From a virus (lineage: Duplodnaviria > Caudoviricetes): a stretch of DNA of 59,359 nucleotides. Every line of letters starts with the position of its first letter. The first letter of the stretch is position 1. Of the stretch, positions 36,264 to 45,153 are shown in pieces. Location of the stretch: positions 1-59,359 of the IMG/VR virus record IMGVR_UViG_3300020171_000031. The stretch is one strand, 5' to 3'. Under the pieces are notes generated by a model. It saw nothing but the letters and a program-made list of their open reading frames with translations, was not told the origin of the DNA and ran no database searches. A program made the translations under genes and the position numbers.

Positions 36264-37207
36264 AGCTGGAACCGATGCTGGCAGAGCCTGGGGTCAAGCC
36301 CCGTGTGGACCCGTCGCTCCTGCACGAGGTCAAGTACGACGGCGTGCGCACGCTCTTCGTCGTGGAGGACGGGCACGTCACCTTCTGGTCCAGGGGAGGG
36401 CACGACATCACCGCAGCGTTCCCCGAGCTGGCGGAGGTGCCGTCCCACCTCAAGATGCAGAACGGCGTTGGGGATGGGGAGATAGTAGTGGGCAACGGGA
36501 CGATGGCCGACTTCAACGCCATCTCGCGTCGCGTCCACGTGCAGGACCCCTTGAAGATTCGACTGCGCTCGCGGGAGACGCCGACTAACCTCCGGGTGTT
36601 CGACCTGCCCGTGTATGAGCGGGATGACCTCACGGTGAATGGCGTGCGGCTGTCGCTAATGCAGCGCCGCGAGTTGCTTGCGGCAACCATCCGGGGTGGT
36701 CTGCCGAATGGCGTGGTGTGCATGGGCGACGCTGGGGAGTTCGGCGACGGCGCGGCGTTCTTCCGCTCCTGCCTGGAGCAGGGCTACGAGGGCATGATGG
36801 TGAAGAGCAAGGCGGGCCTCTACTACCCCGGGAAGCGACACCCTGACTGGGGCAAGAGCAAGCTGGAGCAGACAGCCGACTTCCAGGTGGTGGGCTACAC
36901 CTGGGGTGAGGGATGGAGGGGAGAGCGCCAACTCTTCGGTGCGCTGGTGCTGTCCACAGGCACACCAGGCAATCTCCAGTATTGCGGCGAGGTGGGTGGC
37001 GGCTTTACCAATGAGGAGCTGGAGACCATCGGGGCCCACCTGCGCACGATTGCCGTCTCGCAATGCCCGATGGTCAAGCTGGAAAAGGTAGAGGGGCTGT
37101 GCTCGTGGGTCGCGCCAGGGCTGGTGGTCGAGGTTAAGTTCATGGACTGGACGAGTGACCGGAAGCTCCGCTTTCCAAGATTCAAGGCAGTCCGGAGGAT
37201 GCGATGA
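36260..37207 (+). CDS. ATP-dependent DNA ligase (LigD/LigC ligase domain only)
   Basis: EVKYDGVR, DGEIV, VFD, EGMMVK, YYPGKR, LRFPRF. Confidence 0.95.
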   Translation: MKLEPMLAEPGVKPRVDPSLLHEVKYDGVRTLFVVEDGHVTFWSRGGHDITAAFPELAEVPSHLKMQNGVGDGEIVVGNGTMADFNAISRRVHVQDPLKIRLRSRETPTNLRVFDLPVYERDDLTVNGVRLSLMQRRELLAATIRGGLPNGVVCMGDAGEFGDGAAFFRSCLEQGYEGMMVKSKAGLYYPGKRHPDWGKSKLEQTADFQVVGYTWGEGWRGERQLFGALVLSTGTPGNLQYCGEVGGGFTNEELETIGAHLRTIAVSQCPMVKLEKVEGLCSWVAPGLVVEVKFMDWTSDRKLRFPRFKAVRRMR

Positions 37208-37372
37208 GGAGCTATATGTCGGGGTCCCAGGCGATTAAAGAGGGACTCATCACGGAGGCACAGTGGCAGGAGGCCATAGCCCATCCCTGGACGTGGGTTG
37301 TGCTGGAGAACGGCACCCGCGTGCGGGAGAGGCCCTGGCAGGGGCTGGAGATAGAGACCCCGGAGGTGCAGC

Positions 37373-37726
37373 GTGGCTAAAATCTACACCACGGTGGGCA
37401 CGGCGCTCTCCGAGTCCCGGGCGGGCGTCGTGTACAGCATCAAGCGGGACGAGCGCGGAGACCTGTCATGCGATTGCCGGAGCTGGATAAATAACCAGCG
37501 CAAGACGGAGGAGGGGAAGCGGACCTGCAAGCACATCGAGCGGTTCCTCGCTTCCCAGGTGGCCCGCCCGGCCGCCCAAATTGGCGCCGCCATACTTGGC
37601 GGGCGCTCCGCGGCCCAGGTGTGGCGAGACGCAGAGGTTGTCGCACCCGCCCGTGAGGAGAAGCCCTCCGGCGGCACGTTCGACCTGGAAGCGGCGCTGG
37701 CAAAGCTGCGCCAAGAGAGGGGGTAG
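37373..37726 (+). CDS. SWIM zinc-finger protein
   Basis: SCDC..W...CKHI. Confidence 0.8.
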   Translation: MAKIYTTVGTALSESRAGVVYSIKRDERGDLSCDCRSWINNQRKTEEGKRTCKHIERFLASQVARPAAQIGAAILGGRSAAQVWRDAEVVAPAREEKPSGGTFDLEAALAKLRQERG

Positions 37727-37729
37727 AGC

Positions 37730-37990
37730 ATGGAGAAGGTCGTGGTTAAGGGGCAGGGGCTGGTGCCCCTGGTGAAGCGCCTGCGGGTCAAGGCCGTCCC
37801 CTATACGGTGGGGGTTGAGGAGTACGACACGTCCGGACTCCATGACACCTACGACGTGGTGGCCCTGGGGATGTACCGCTGGCAAGACGGCAGCTCCGTG
37901 GCCGTGGCGTGGCTGGCGATACCCGGCGAGCCTATGCGAATGGTCGCCCTGGATAGGCTCATCGTGGTGGAGATGGAAAGTGGCCTTTAG
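37730..37990 (+). CDS. Hypothetical protein
   Basis: ORF in operon. Confidence 0.55.
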   Translation: MEKVVVKGQGLVPLVKRLRVKAVPYTVGVEEYDTSGLHDTYDVVALGMYRWQDGSSVAVAWLAIPGEPMRMVALDRLIVVEMESGL

Positions 37991-38423
37991 ACGCCCTCCG
38001 CAGGACAGTCCAGAGGCGATGGCCGCGACGGTCATGGACCCGCTGGTCCTGCCGTCGCCCCAGTGGGCCGACACGCTCCCCGACTGGATGCCGGCGGCAG
38101 TGGTGGAGGCGCGGGCGCGCTCGCTGGAGAAGCCCACGTTCTCCGTGGGCGGTGTGTGGGAGCCAGACCTGGCCACGGAAGAGGAGGTGATGGCGTACCT
38201 CTACTGTCTCTCGCTGGAGATGCCCTTGAGAAGTGAGTGGACTCGCGTGTATCTCTACGTGGCGGGGCGCGTGATAGGACGCCAGTACCAGGAGGCGAAA
38301 CTGCCGGACGACATTCGGGTGGACTCGCTGGGGCCTGACGAAGCGAGGCTGCTCGATGACCTCCGGCGCAAGATTTGGCACACCCGCGAGAAGCGGAGAC
38401 CGAAGAAGGGTAGGAACATATGA
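37980..38423 (+). CDS. Conserved hypothetical protein (start uncertain)
   Basis: DPLV.PSP.W.DTLPDW...AT..E..AYLY..SL..P...W..YLY. Confidence 0.65.
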   Translation: MAFRRPPQDSPEAMAATVMDPLVLPSPQWADTLPDWMPAAVVEARARSLEKPTFSVGGVWEPDLATEEEVMAYLYCLSLEMPLRSEWTRVYLYVAGRVIGRQYQEAKLPDDIRVDSLGPDEARLLDDLRRKIWHTREKRRPKKGRNI

Positions 38424-38695
38424 ACTATGATATGAACTATGAGCAACTGCCGGAGCACATCCGGCACGGCTTCCAGGCGTACATCGAGGAGCACCGCGAG
38501 CCCGGAGACTTCGTAATGGCCTGCCTGGAGAACAATCTATGCGAAGCCTGCGGGCGCGCCGATGAGACCAACAGGGAGCGCATGTTTGACATCGTGAGTT
38601 TCCTATACAACGAGGCGCCTGCTGAGTGTTGGGGTTCGTCCGCAAAGGTTGAAGCCTGGCTGGCGGAAAGAGTGCGCGATGAAACTCCAAGCTAA
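38420..38695 (+). CDS. Conserved phage protein
   Basis: YIE....PGDF..A.LENNL..A..RAD..N...P..CWGS. Confidence 0.7.
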   Translation: MNYDMNYEQLPEHIRHGFQAYIEEHREPGDFVMACLENNLCEACGRADETNRERMFDIVSFLYNEAPAECWGSSAKVEAWLAERVRDETPS

Positions 38696-38981
38696 GTTCA
38701 CGTCCCGGCGGGCGGCTGCCGCCACGGTGCGGAAGCTCCTGGCTGACCTGAACGGCGAGGTGGACGTGGCGGTATATGCGGACAGTGTCCGCGTCGTGTA
38801 CCAGGACGTACAGGTAGGCTGGCGAGAGTATGCCTGGGCCATCTGCCTTGAGGAGGCGAAGGTGTATCCCGGCAAGGTGGTGCGGGTGGAGGGTGTGGTA
38901 TCGCCCGACTGGGTGGAGGTCTATCGCGGCCGGGAGGGCGCGAAGCGGTTCCGCGGCTACTCCTTCCGCAGAGGAGGTTGA
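38679..38981 (+). CDS. Hypothetical protein
   Basis: ORF in operon. Confidence 0.55.
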   Translation: MKLQAKFTSRRAAAATVRKLLADLNGEVDVAVYADSVRVVYQDVQVGWREYAWAICLEEAKVYPGKVVRVEGVVSPDWVEVYRGREGAKRFRGYSFRRGG

Positions 38982-38983
38982 AG

Positions 38984-39268
38984 ATGGCTGAATTGAAGCC
39001 GACCGTCATGGCGCTTCAGTGTCCAGTCTGCGAGCACAAGTGGCCTGTGACAATTGAGTTGCCCATGGTGGTGGACGCCTTCGTCATGCACTTGAGGGGC
39101 GCCTGCATCTGCCCCCAGTGTGGTAACGCCTCCAGAAGCTACTCGAAGTCTATCAAGCTGCTCACCGGAAAGCTATTCCACCAAGCCTTGGTGGAATTCA
39201 GGGCAGCAGGGCGAGTACCCCAGGATGCCAATGGTGGGGGAATGTCCGAGGGGGAAGACACATGCTGA
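38984..39268 (+). CDS. Zinc-ribbon protein
   Basis: CPVC...CPQC; GAGGAGG RBS. Confidence 0.6.
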   Translation: MAELKPTVMALQCPVCEHKWPVTIELPMVVDAFVMHLRGACICPQCGNASRSYSKSIKLLTGKLFHQALVEFRAAGRVPQDANGGGMSEGEDTC

Positions 39269-39425
39269 CCTGCGAGTCGTGCGGGGGTAAGACGGCGATG
39301 TCGGAAGTGCCGAAGGATTTGGGATAGGCAGCGGAGATCAGTTTCTGAAGGAGGTGAGGCTGGACATTAGCTTGCGGGTCCCCATGCAATGGATGAAGAA
39401 TGCCTGAAAGAAGGAGATGGGAGAG

Positions 39426-39845
39426 ATGTCAGACACCAAACGGTTGTTCGTAATCAGCGGCAAGGAGTACCCGGACCCCGATGCGGCACTGACCGTCGAG
39501 GACGTGAAGAGCCATTACGCCGCCTTCTTCCCGGAGCTCGCGACGGCGACGGCCAAGGAGGAGGTGCGGCCCGACGGCGTCACGGTCGTGACGTTTGCGA
39601 GACAGGTAGGCACCAAGGGCGCGCTGGCGCCAGTGGTGCCGGCCACGTATCTGCCAGGCCGGCACGTATCTGCGGACCTCTCGGACTACAACCCCGGCGA
39701 CGAAGGCACGCGGAGGTGCTTGAAGTGCCTGGCCACGCAGGACTTCCGGGTCGGGCCCTATGGAGGCTTGCACCTCGGCCTTTGGAAGAGGGAGGGCAAG
39801 CCCGCTCCCAGGTGCCCGAAGGCGGCGAAGGGCGGCAGGTCCTGA
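39426..39845 (+). CDS. Prokaryotic ubiquitin-like protein (PRTRC protein C type) with C-terminal extension
   Basis: R.F....YPDPD..LTVEDVK.HYA.FFPELATA...VTF...VGTKG, then 74 extra aa. Confidence 0.85.
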   Translation: MSDTKRLFVISGKEYPDPDAALTVEDVKSHYAAFFPELATATAKEEVRPDGVTVVTFARQVGTKGALAPVVPATYLPGRHVSADLSDYNPGDEGTRRCLKCLATQDFRVGPYGGLHLGLWKREGKPAPRCPKAAKGGRS

Positions 39846-39873
39846 TGCCGATGTTCGTCCAGTGGGGCACTTG

Positions 39874-40086
39874 ATGGAGATGCGTGGTCTTGTAGAGCGG
39901 CTCGCCACCGTGCCGGAGGTGCGGCTGCGTATCATCCTGCTGGCCCATGCAGTCTGGCATGATGGCGAGCTGGACGAGAAGGCGCTGGACAAGATGCAAG
40001 CCGACTTCAACCTGGCCGTCGCGGAGCTGGAGGAGTACACACGCGGCACCGCGGTCACGGTCGCCCATCTGCGAGACCTCCTGTGA
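39874..40086 (+). CDS. Small PRTRC-locus protein
   Basis: Between the ubiquitin-like gene and the F-like gene. Confidence 0.6.
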   Translation: MEMRGLVERLATVPEVRLRIILLAHAVWHDGELDEKALDKMQADFNLAVAELEEYTRGTAVTVAHLRDLL

Positions 40087-40874
40087 GGCTGGCGGAACTG
40101 GCCGGCAAGCTGCGGATGGGGCCGCAGTCGCTACACGGTCTGCGTCGCGCACTGGAGAATGCGGAGGTCGTGTCGGACTTCCGCCGGCTGGTGCACGACT
40201 TCACGCCCCAGGCGGAGGCCCGCATACTGGCGGGAGACGAGCAGGAGCAGGTGCAGGCGTTCCTGCGGGAGTTTGGCCGGCAGACGGGCATCCCACTGAA
40301 CGACGACATCGAGGAGATTGAGCAGCTGCTCTTCTGTATGCCCATCATAGTGCGCGGCTGGTCCTGGGATGACTACATGGAGTGGTCCCACCACGACGTG
40401 CCGGACCAGGTGCTGCTCGCGCTGGTCCAGAGCCCCTTTATGGACGAGGACAATGCCGCGCTGGTAGAGAACCTGGCCCGGCTGGTGCGGGGTGAGGCGT
40501 ATGAGGCGTGGCGTCTGGCAACCCCAACCGGGTGGGAGCCGGCGGAGTTGCATGAGCGGCTGGATGGCACCAGGTGGGAAGGGGTGGCGCGCTTCGCCGA
40601 TTGGCTCTGGAGGGAGACGCAGACGGTCTATCTGGACATGAACTACGAGGAGATGAATAACGACCTGGAGTGGAGTCAGGCGAACGTGCGGTGGCTGCGG
40701 GAGCAGGCCGTGACGGCGGGCCAGATAGAGGACCGGATTGCCGAGGTGTACCACCTCATCGAGCAGAACCCGACGGAGGCGGTGCTGGATATGGTGCGGC
40801 TGATGGGTCCGCGACCCGGTCCGCAACTGCCGCTACCGTTGCTGGAGGTGTTCCGTGACGAACAAGAGAGCTAA
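40083..40874 (+). CDS. PRTRC-locus helical protein (protein F-like)
   Basis: Position in operon; acidic, Trp-rich. Confidence 0.5.
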   Translation: MRLAELAGKLRMGPQSLHGLRRALENAEVVSDFRRLVHDFTPQAEARILAGDEQEQVQAFLREFGRQTGIPLNDDIEEIEQLLFCMPIIVRGWSWDDYMEWSHHDVPDQVLLALVQSPFMDEDNAALVENLARLVRGEAYEAWRLATPTGWEPAELHERLDGTRWEGVARFADWLWRETQTVYLDMNYEEMNNDLEWSQANVRWLREQAVTAGQIEDRIAEVYHLIEQNPTEAVLDMVRLMGPRPGPQLPLPLLEVFRDEQES

Positions 40875-41718
40875 AGGCGTCTGCCCCACTTGTGGACGTG
40901 ATGTGGCTTTGCGGTTGGATGGCACTCTGATGGTGCACCAGCGGTTCTTGGGGACCTCCCTGCCTGATGAGCGAGGTTTCGCGACGCAGACATCACCTGA
41001 TTGCAATGGAGTAGGTCAGTTACCGGTAACGGACCCACCCGCAAAGGCTGGGTTTCACTGGGCGCTGCCACGGGGGCTGGACGTGGAGCCGGATGTGCTC
41101 CAGCTGCGGTTGGACTTCTACCTTGACACCATCCTGCTGACCGACATGCGCGGAGGGGTCAGCACCGTGAAGCCGGTCAGCGCCCGCGACATCGTGCAGG
41201 CGCTGACGCGGGACGTGGCGGTCCAGACGGGCGTGTTGCCGCCCGACGCTCTCTGGTGGCGCAACGGGCCCACCGGAGCCACGGTGGCCTTCTGGCAGCC
41301 GCCCCAGGTGCGCATCCTGGCGTTGCTAGAGCACGCGGGACAGGAGCCGCTGCGGTGCGAGGTGCCGCTGCCCGGCATGGTGTTCGCCTGCCAGCCGGCC
41401 CGTGCCCCGTGGGTCTGGGCCGCAAAGCACCGCCCGACAGGGCCAGAGGCCCTGCTGTACCACGCCCCCCTGTTCAACGTGTTCCGCGATGGCCGTACCT
41501 GCCCAGGCACACAGAGGTATTCGCCAGCGGTGGAGCAAATCCCGTTTGAGTTCTGGGTATCGTTTTTCACGGGTGAGGCGGACCACACGGAGCGGAGCCG
41601 GGCATACCCCAAGAGTCTGAAGGCGCTCTGGCAGAGCCTGGAGGGGGCGAAGCGTTACCCGCCGGATGACCTGGTGCAGTGGGGGGCTGTAAAATCGGCA
41701 ATGGAGGTGGCGCGATGA
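40855..41718 (+). CDS. Prokaryotic E2-like protein (PRTRC protein B type) with N-terminal Zn finger
   Basis: PLPGMVF, RP....LYHAPLFNV..DG..C.G, FW.S.FT. Confidence 0.8.
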   Translation: MTNKRAKGVCPTCGRDVALRLDGTLMVHQRFLGTSLPDERGFATQTSPDCNGVGQLPVTDPPAKAGFHWALPRGLDVEPDVLQLRLDFYLDTILLTDMRGGVSTVKPVSARDIVQALTRDVAVQTGVLPPDALWWRNGPTGATVAFWQPPQVRILALLEHAGQEPLRCEVPLPGMVFACQPARAPWVWAAKHRPTGPEALLYHAPLFNVFRDGRTCPGTQRYSPAVEQIPFEFWVSFFTGEADHTERSRAYPKSLKALWQSLEGAKRYPPDDLVQWGAVKSAMEVAR

Positions 41719-42341
41719 TGGAGGCAAGACCGGACTTCCACTATGAGACGCACGAGGAGTTTTGGAAACGTACTCATCCAGACCCAAAGGTTCGGCGCCC
41801 GGTCGCCTACATGGTGGAGGGCCGGCGCACGGCGCCCGGGCTTGGCTACAGCTACGTGTTGGCTGGCAACGGCCTGTGGATTGAGGCGACGGGCCCCCAC
41901 CTGGCCGTTCGGTTGGAGGTGGCCGAGGCGGAGGTCAGAGGTCTATCGAGCCTAACCCAAGAGGTACGGCTCCTTCACGGGCCAATTCCGAAGGCGCTAC
42001 ACGACCTCCTGGTAGACGTGCTTCTGGCTAATCCGCGAGAGGAGCACTACGTCGCCATCCTGTGGCGCGACGGGCGCTACCAGCTCACCGTCCCAGACCA
42101 GCTTGCGCAGGTCGCCTCCATGACGTACCAGAGGCCAGACCCAGCGGAGCTGGTGTTGGAGGCGCACTCACACCCTCCCGGTGTGGTGGCGCGGTTCTCG
42201 CTGGTGGATGACCGCGATGAGCAGGGGTTGGGCCTGTACGGGGTGTTGGGCATGGATGAGGCAGGCTGGACACTCGCGCTCCGCGCGGGGGTGTACGGCT
42301 ACTACGGTGACGTGGACGTGGCGGAGATCTTCGACGGGTAG
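41715..42341 (+). CDS. JAB/MPN metallo-isopeptidase (PRTRC protein A type)
   Basis: YVLAGNG, E, HSH.....FS..DD.DE, R.GVYGY. Confidence 0.88.
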   Translation: MMEARPDFHYETHEEFWKRTHPDPKVRRPVAYMVEGRRTAPGLGYSYVLAGNGLWIEATGPHLAVRLEVAEAEVRGLSSLTQEVRLLHGPIPKALHDLLVDVLLANPREEHYVAILWRDGRYQLTVPDQLAQVASMTYQRPDPAELVLEAHSHPPGVVARFSLVDDRDEQGLGLYGVLGMDEAGWTLALRAGVYGYYGDVDVAEIFDG

Positions 42342-42610
42342 GCGAAGGGGTGGTTTGGGCCGGGTACGCTGGCGGATGGCTCGGTACGGGCAGGGAAGGC
42401 TAGGAGGGCGAAGGGTAAGAGCTGGAGAGGGGCGGATAGGCTGGCGAAGCGACAGGGGTGGAGCGGCCATGAAGGCGGAGGGTTCGGGATGGGTGGGCTG
42501 CGGGCGGCAAGGGCGGCGATAGGCCAAGAAAGGCGCGGTAGGGCGCGGCGAGGACGGGCTGGCGTAAGGAGAGGGGAAGGGTGGGACGGTTGGCGAAGGG
42601 TGGGGAGGAA
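42341..42610 (+). repeat. GG-pentamer array 2 (7 full GGCG-delimited units plus a degenerate eighth); candidate guide RNA array
   Basis: GGCG at 42341, 42371, 42407, 42443, 42474, 42515, 42561, 42592; GG every 5 nt. Confidence 0.9.
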
Positions 42611-42641
42611 CCGACAGAATAAACAGAAGAAGGAGAAAGAA

Positions 42642-43388
42642 GTGGCAGACGCGAAGGAAGTCAAGGACCTCAAGTTCACGAGGTATCCGGTGACCCTCAC
42701 GATGCACGGGCCCCTGCACGCCACGACGGCGAGCAACCCGGAGAGCATCGCGTACCAGCTACGGAATCAGCCCAGCGAACCCGACCTGGCGGCGCGGCTG
42801 GCGGCAGGGGAGCCGCTCAAGCCGATGGATGCGCTCCAGAAGCAGGTCGAGCAGGAGGCGGGCGCTGCCGAACCACCCCCGGAGCCGATGGCGGTGTTCC
42901 GCCGCGACGACCTGAAGCGGCCGTTTATCCACGACAACTTCATTCGGGGCCACCTGCGGGACGCAGGTGAGGCCCTGTCACGGGCCCTGGGCGTGTGGGG
43001 GCTCCAGCAGCTCATCACCCGGACGGTGTTCGTCCGGCCCGAGCGCATCTACCTCCCGGTGGGCTGCACGGTAGAGGTGGAGACGTGGCCGGCGCACTCC
43101 GACGTGTACCGCATGGGGAGAATCTCCAGCATCCGGCGCGCCGAGTTTGCGCTGGGCGTCACGCTCGAGTTCCGCCTCTACGTGGTGAACGACCCCCGGT
43201 GGGCAGGCGCGAACGGCCGGAAGATTCTGACGTCCGTTCTCCAGTACGGCGCCATCCACGGCATTGGAGGTGGCCGTGGTCGCGGCATGGGGCGCTACAC
43301 GTTCATGCTCGGGGAGGCCATGGAGGTGGAACCCGCCCAGGTGTGGAGCGATATGCAGATTGGCGAGGGTCCATGCCATACCGCATAG
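42642..43388 (+). CDS. Stand-alone Cas7/RAMP-like protein (248 aa)
   Basis: N-terminal strand VTLTMHGPLH, PFIHDNFIRGHLR helix, LEFRL strand, Gly-rich loop YGAIHGIGGGRGRGMGRY; AAGGAG RBS before GTG. Confidence 0.8.
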   Translation: MADAKEVKDLKFTRYPVTLTMHGPLHATTASNPESIAYQLRNQPSEPDLAARLAAGEPLKPMDALQKQVEQEAGAAEPPPEPMAVFRRDDLKRPFIHDNFIRGHLRDAGEALSRALGVWGLQQLITRTVFVRPERIYLPVGCTVEVETWPAHSDVYRMGRISSIRRAEFALGVTLEFRLYVVNDPRWAGANGRKILTSVLQYGAIHGIGGGRGRGMGRYTFMLGEAMEVEPAQVWSDMQIGEGPCHTA

Positions 43389-44164
43389 TCCCGCCTCTTA
43401 CGGCACGTAAACCCCTACTCCTCATCGCGGGCTGTGGCGGCACTGGGAATTGGGTGGCGGAGGGCATCGCCAGGTGGCTGCCCGCTGACTGGCGCCTCGT
43501 CCTGGTGGACCCCGACGTGGTGGAGGAGCACAACCTGCGGCGCCAAGGGTTCCTAAAGAAGGAGGTGGGGAGTTACAAAGCCGAGGTGCTGGCCAGGCGG
43601 CTGGCGGACGGGACCGGCCGGGCGGTGGGATTCGCCGTCGTGCCCATCCGCACCGTGGTGCAGCAGGACCATGAGTTACGCCTCGTTGTGGGTTGCGTGG
43701 ACAACGCGGCGGCCAGGCGGGAGGTCCACGAGGGTCTCCCGCTCGGGGCCTGGTGGCTGGACGCTGGCAACGGCCGCAACTCGGGCCAGGTCCTGCTGGG
43801 GAACGTCCGCGATGCCAGGTCGCTGGAAGGAGGGTTCGCACCCACCGGGACCTGTGACAGGGTGCCCCTGCCCACTCTCCAGATGCCCGAACTGCTGGTG
43901 CCATCTCAGGAGGAGCTGGAACCACTGCCGCCGGACTGCGCGGAGGCGGTGCGAGACGAGCGGCAGAGCCCCGTGGTGAACCAGGCGGTCGCAGGGCTGG
44001 CGCTCAATATGGTATGGCGGTTCCTGCGGGGCGAGTTGGACTGGATGGCGGCGTATCTGGACCTTGATATGGGGACGCTGCGCCACGTCCCGTGTGAACC
44101 CGCCACGGTGGCCAGGCTGTGCGGCGTCAAGACGCGGACCCTACTAGCTAGGGGCGTCCGGTGA
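43373..44164 (+). CDS. ThiF/E1-like activating enzyme (PRTRC type)
   Basis: GCGGTG, DPDVVEEHNLRRQ, GCVDN, WLDAGNG, DCAEA, N. Confidence 0.92.
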   Translation: MPYRIVPPLTARKPLLLIAGCGGTGNWVAEGIARWLPADWRLVLVDPDVVEEHNLRRQGFLKKEVGSYKAEVLARRLADGTGRAVGFAVVPIRTVVQQDHELRLVVGCVDNAAARREVHEGLPLGAWWLDAGNGRNSGQVLLGNVRDARSLEGGFAPTGTCDRVPLPTLQMPELLVPSQEELEPLPPDCAEAVRDERQSPVVNQAVAGLALNMVWRFLRGELDWMAAYLDLDMGTLRHVPCEPATVARLCGVKTRTLLARGVR

Positions 44165-44281
44165 AGCCGGAGAACAAGCATAAGCGGCGACGTGGCGGAG
44201 CGCCCACCACGCACTTTACAGGCAAGAGGCGCGGGAAACCCATTCGGCGTAAGAGTCACTTGAAAGATAGGAGAGAACGGC

Positions 44282-45133
44282 ATGACGGAACAACAGGACC
44301 TCAAGGGAATCAGGGCGGCGTTACTATTCACTCCGGACGGCGCTCTGGTGAGCGTCGGCAAGACCGATAACAGCGTAGACCCCGTGACGCAGAAGTTGGT
44401 GGGCAGCCCTGCGGACGTGCTTTTGGGCACGCTGCGCCTCATCTACGAAGCGCAGACCAAGTGGGTTAGCGAGCCACGCGCCCCTGCGTACAAGGCGCCG
44501 AGGGCGCGACCCGCTGAAAAGGCCACGCCACGGGCCTCCAGCGCCTCACCCAGCGCCTCACCCAGCCCCGCTGGCGCCCCGCTAGCCCCGGTGAGCGCAG
44601 AGGGCCAGCGGCACCCCCGCAGCGCGATAGAGGCCGAGGGGATGCCGCTCAAGGCGGAGCCGGCCCCAGAGATGGTGATGGAAGGGCCATCTCCCCTGGA
44701 CAGGGGCAACACCGAGTCCCCGCTCGGCGCCGACGAGGCGCCAGTGGGCAGCGGACCCGTGCCCGCAGCCTCCCCGGAGCTGTCGCCAGCAGCATCACTC
44801 CTGGCGGGCCTCACACTGGAAGAGATACGGGCCATCACGGAGGCCGAGGAGCCGGAGCCAGAGGGGGTGGTGGTGACCGACATCGTCACAACGAACGTGG
44901 AGCAAGAGACGGTGGTTGACACCCCAGCTCTCACCTTGGCACCGCTGTTTGTGCTCAAGCCGAAAGGCTTCCGTGTCAAGGGGGGCGACGGGACGGAGAG
45001 CGCCACCATCTACGCCGACGTGCAGAGCGCGCTGGACGCGGCGGGAGTGCCCAAGGAGGGCAGGCCCACACACAATCGCTACGACCGGCTGGCGAGCAAA
45101 TACCAGGCCATGCTGGTGCCCGTCTATCCGTAG
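44282..45133 (+). CDS. PRTRC protein E-like N-terminus, Pro/Ala linker, RPxHxR C-domain
   Basis: AGGAG RBS; C-terminal motif shared with genes 29437 and 45446. Confidence 0.55.
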   Translation: MTEQQDLKGIRAALLFTPDGALVSVGKTDNSVDPVTQKLVGSPADVLLGTLRLIYEAQTKWVSEPRAPAYKAPRARPAEKATPRASSASPSASPSPAGAPLAPVSAEGQRHPRSAIEAEGMPLKAEPAPEMVMEGPSPLDRGNTESPLGADEAPVGSGPVPAASPELSPAASLLAGLTLEEIRAITEAEEPEPEGVVVTDIVTTNVEQETVVDTPALTLAPLFVLKPKGFRVKGGDGTESATIYADVQSALDAAGVPKEGRPTHNRYDRLASKYQAMLVPVYP

Positions 45134-45153
45134 CGTAGTATACTGGCGAGGAG

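Noticed and set aside
42341-42610. Simple G-quadruplex tract or microsatellite
   Set aside because: G4 folding cannot be excluded, but it does not explain 5n+6 unit lengths, fixed junctions and non-repeating variable bases
42489-42641. RG-rich N-terminal extension of the RAMP-like ORF
   Set aside because: It is the translated array; the AAGGAG RBS supports the GTG at 42642
44161-44370. Very basic 69-aa ORF
   Set aside because: GTGA-coupled but overlaps the next gene by 89 nt; support too weak to call
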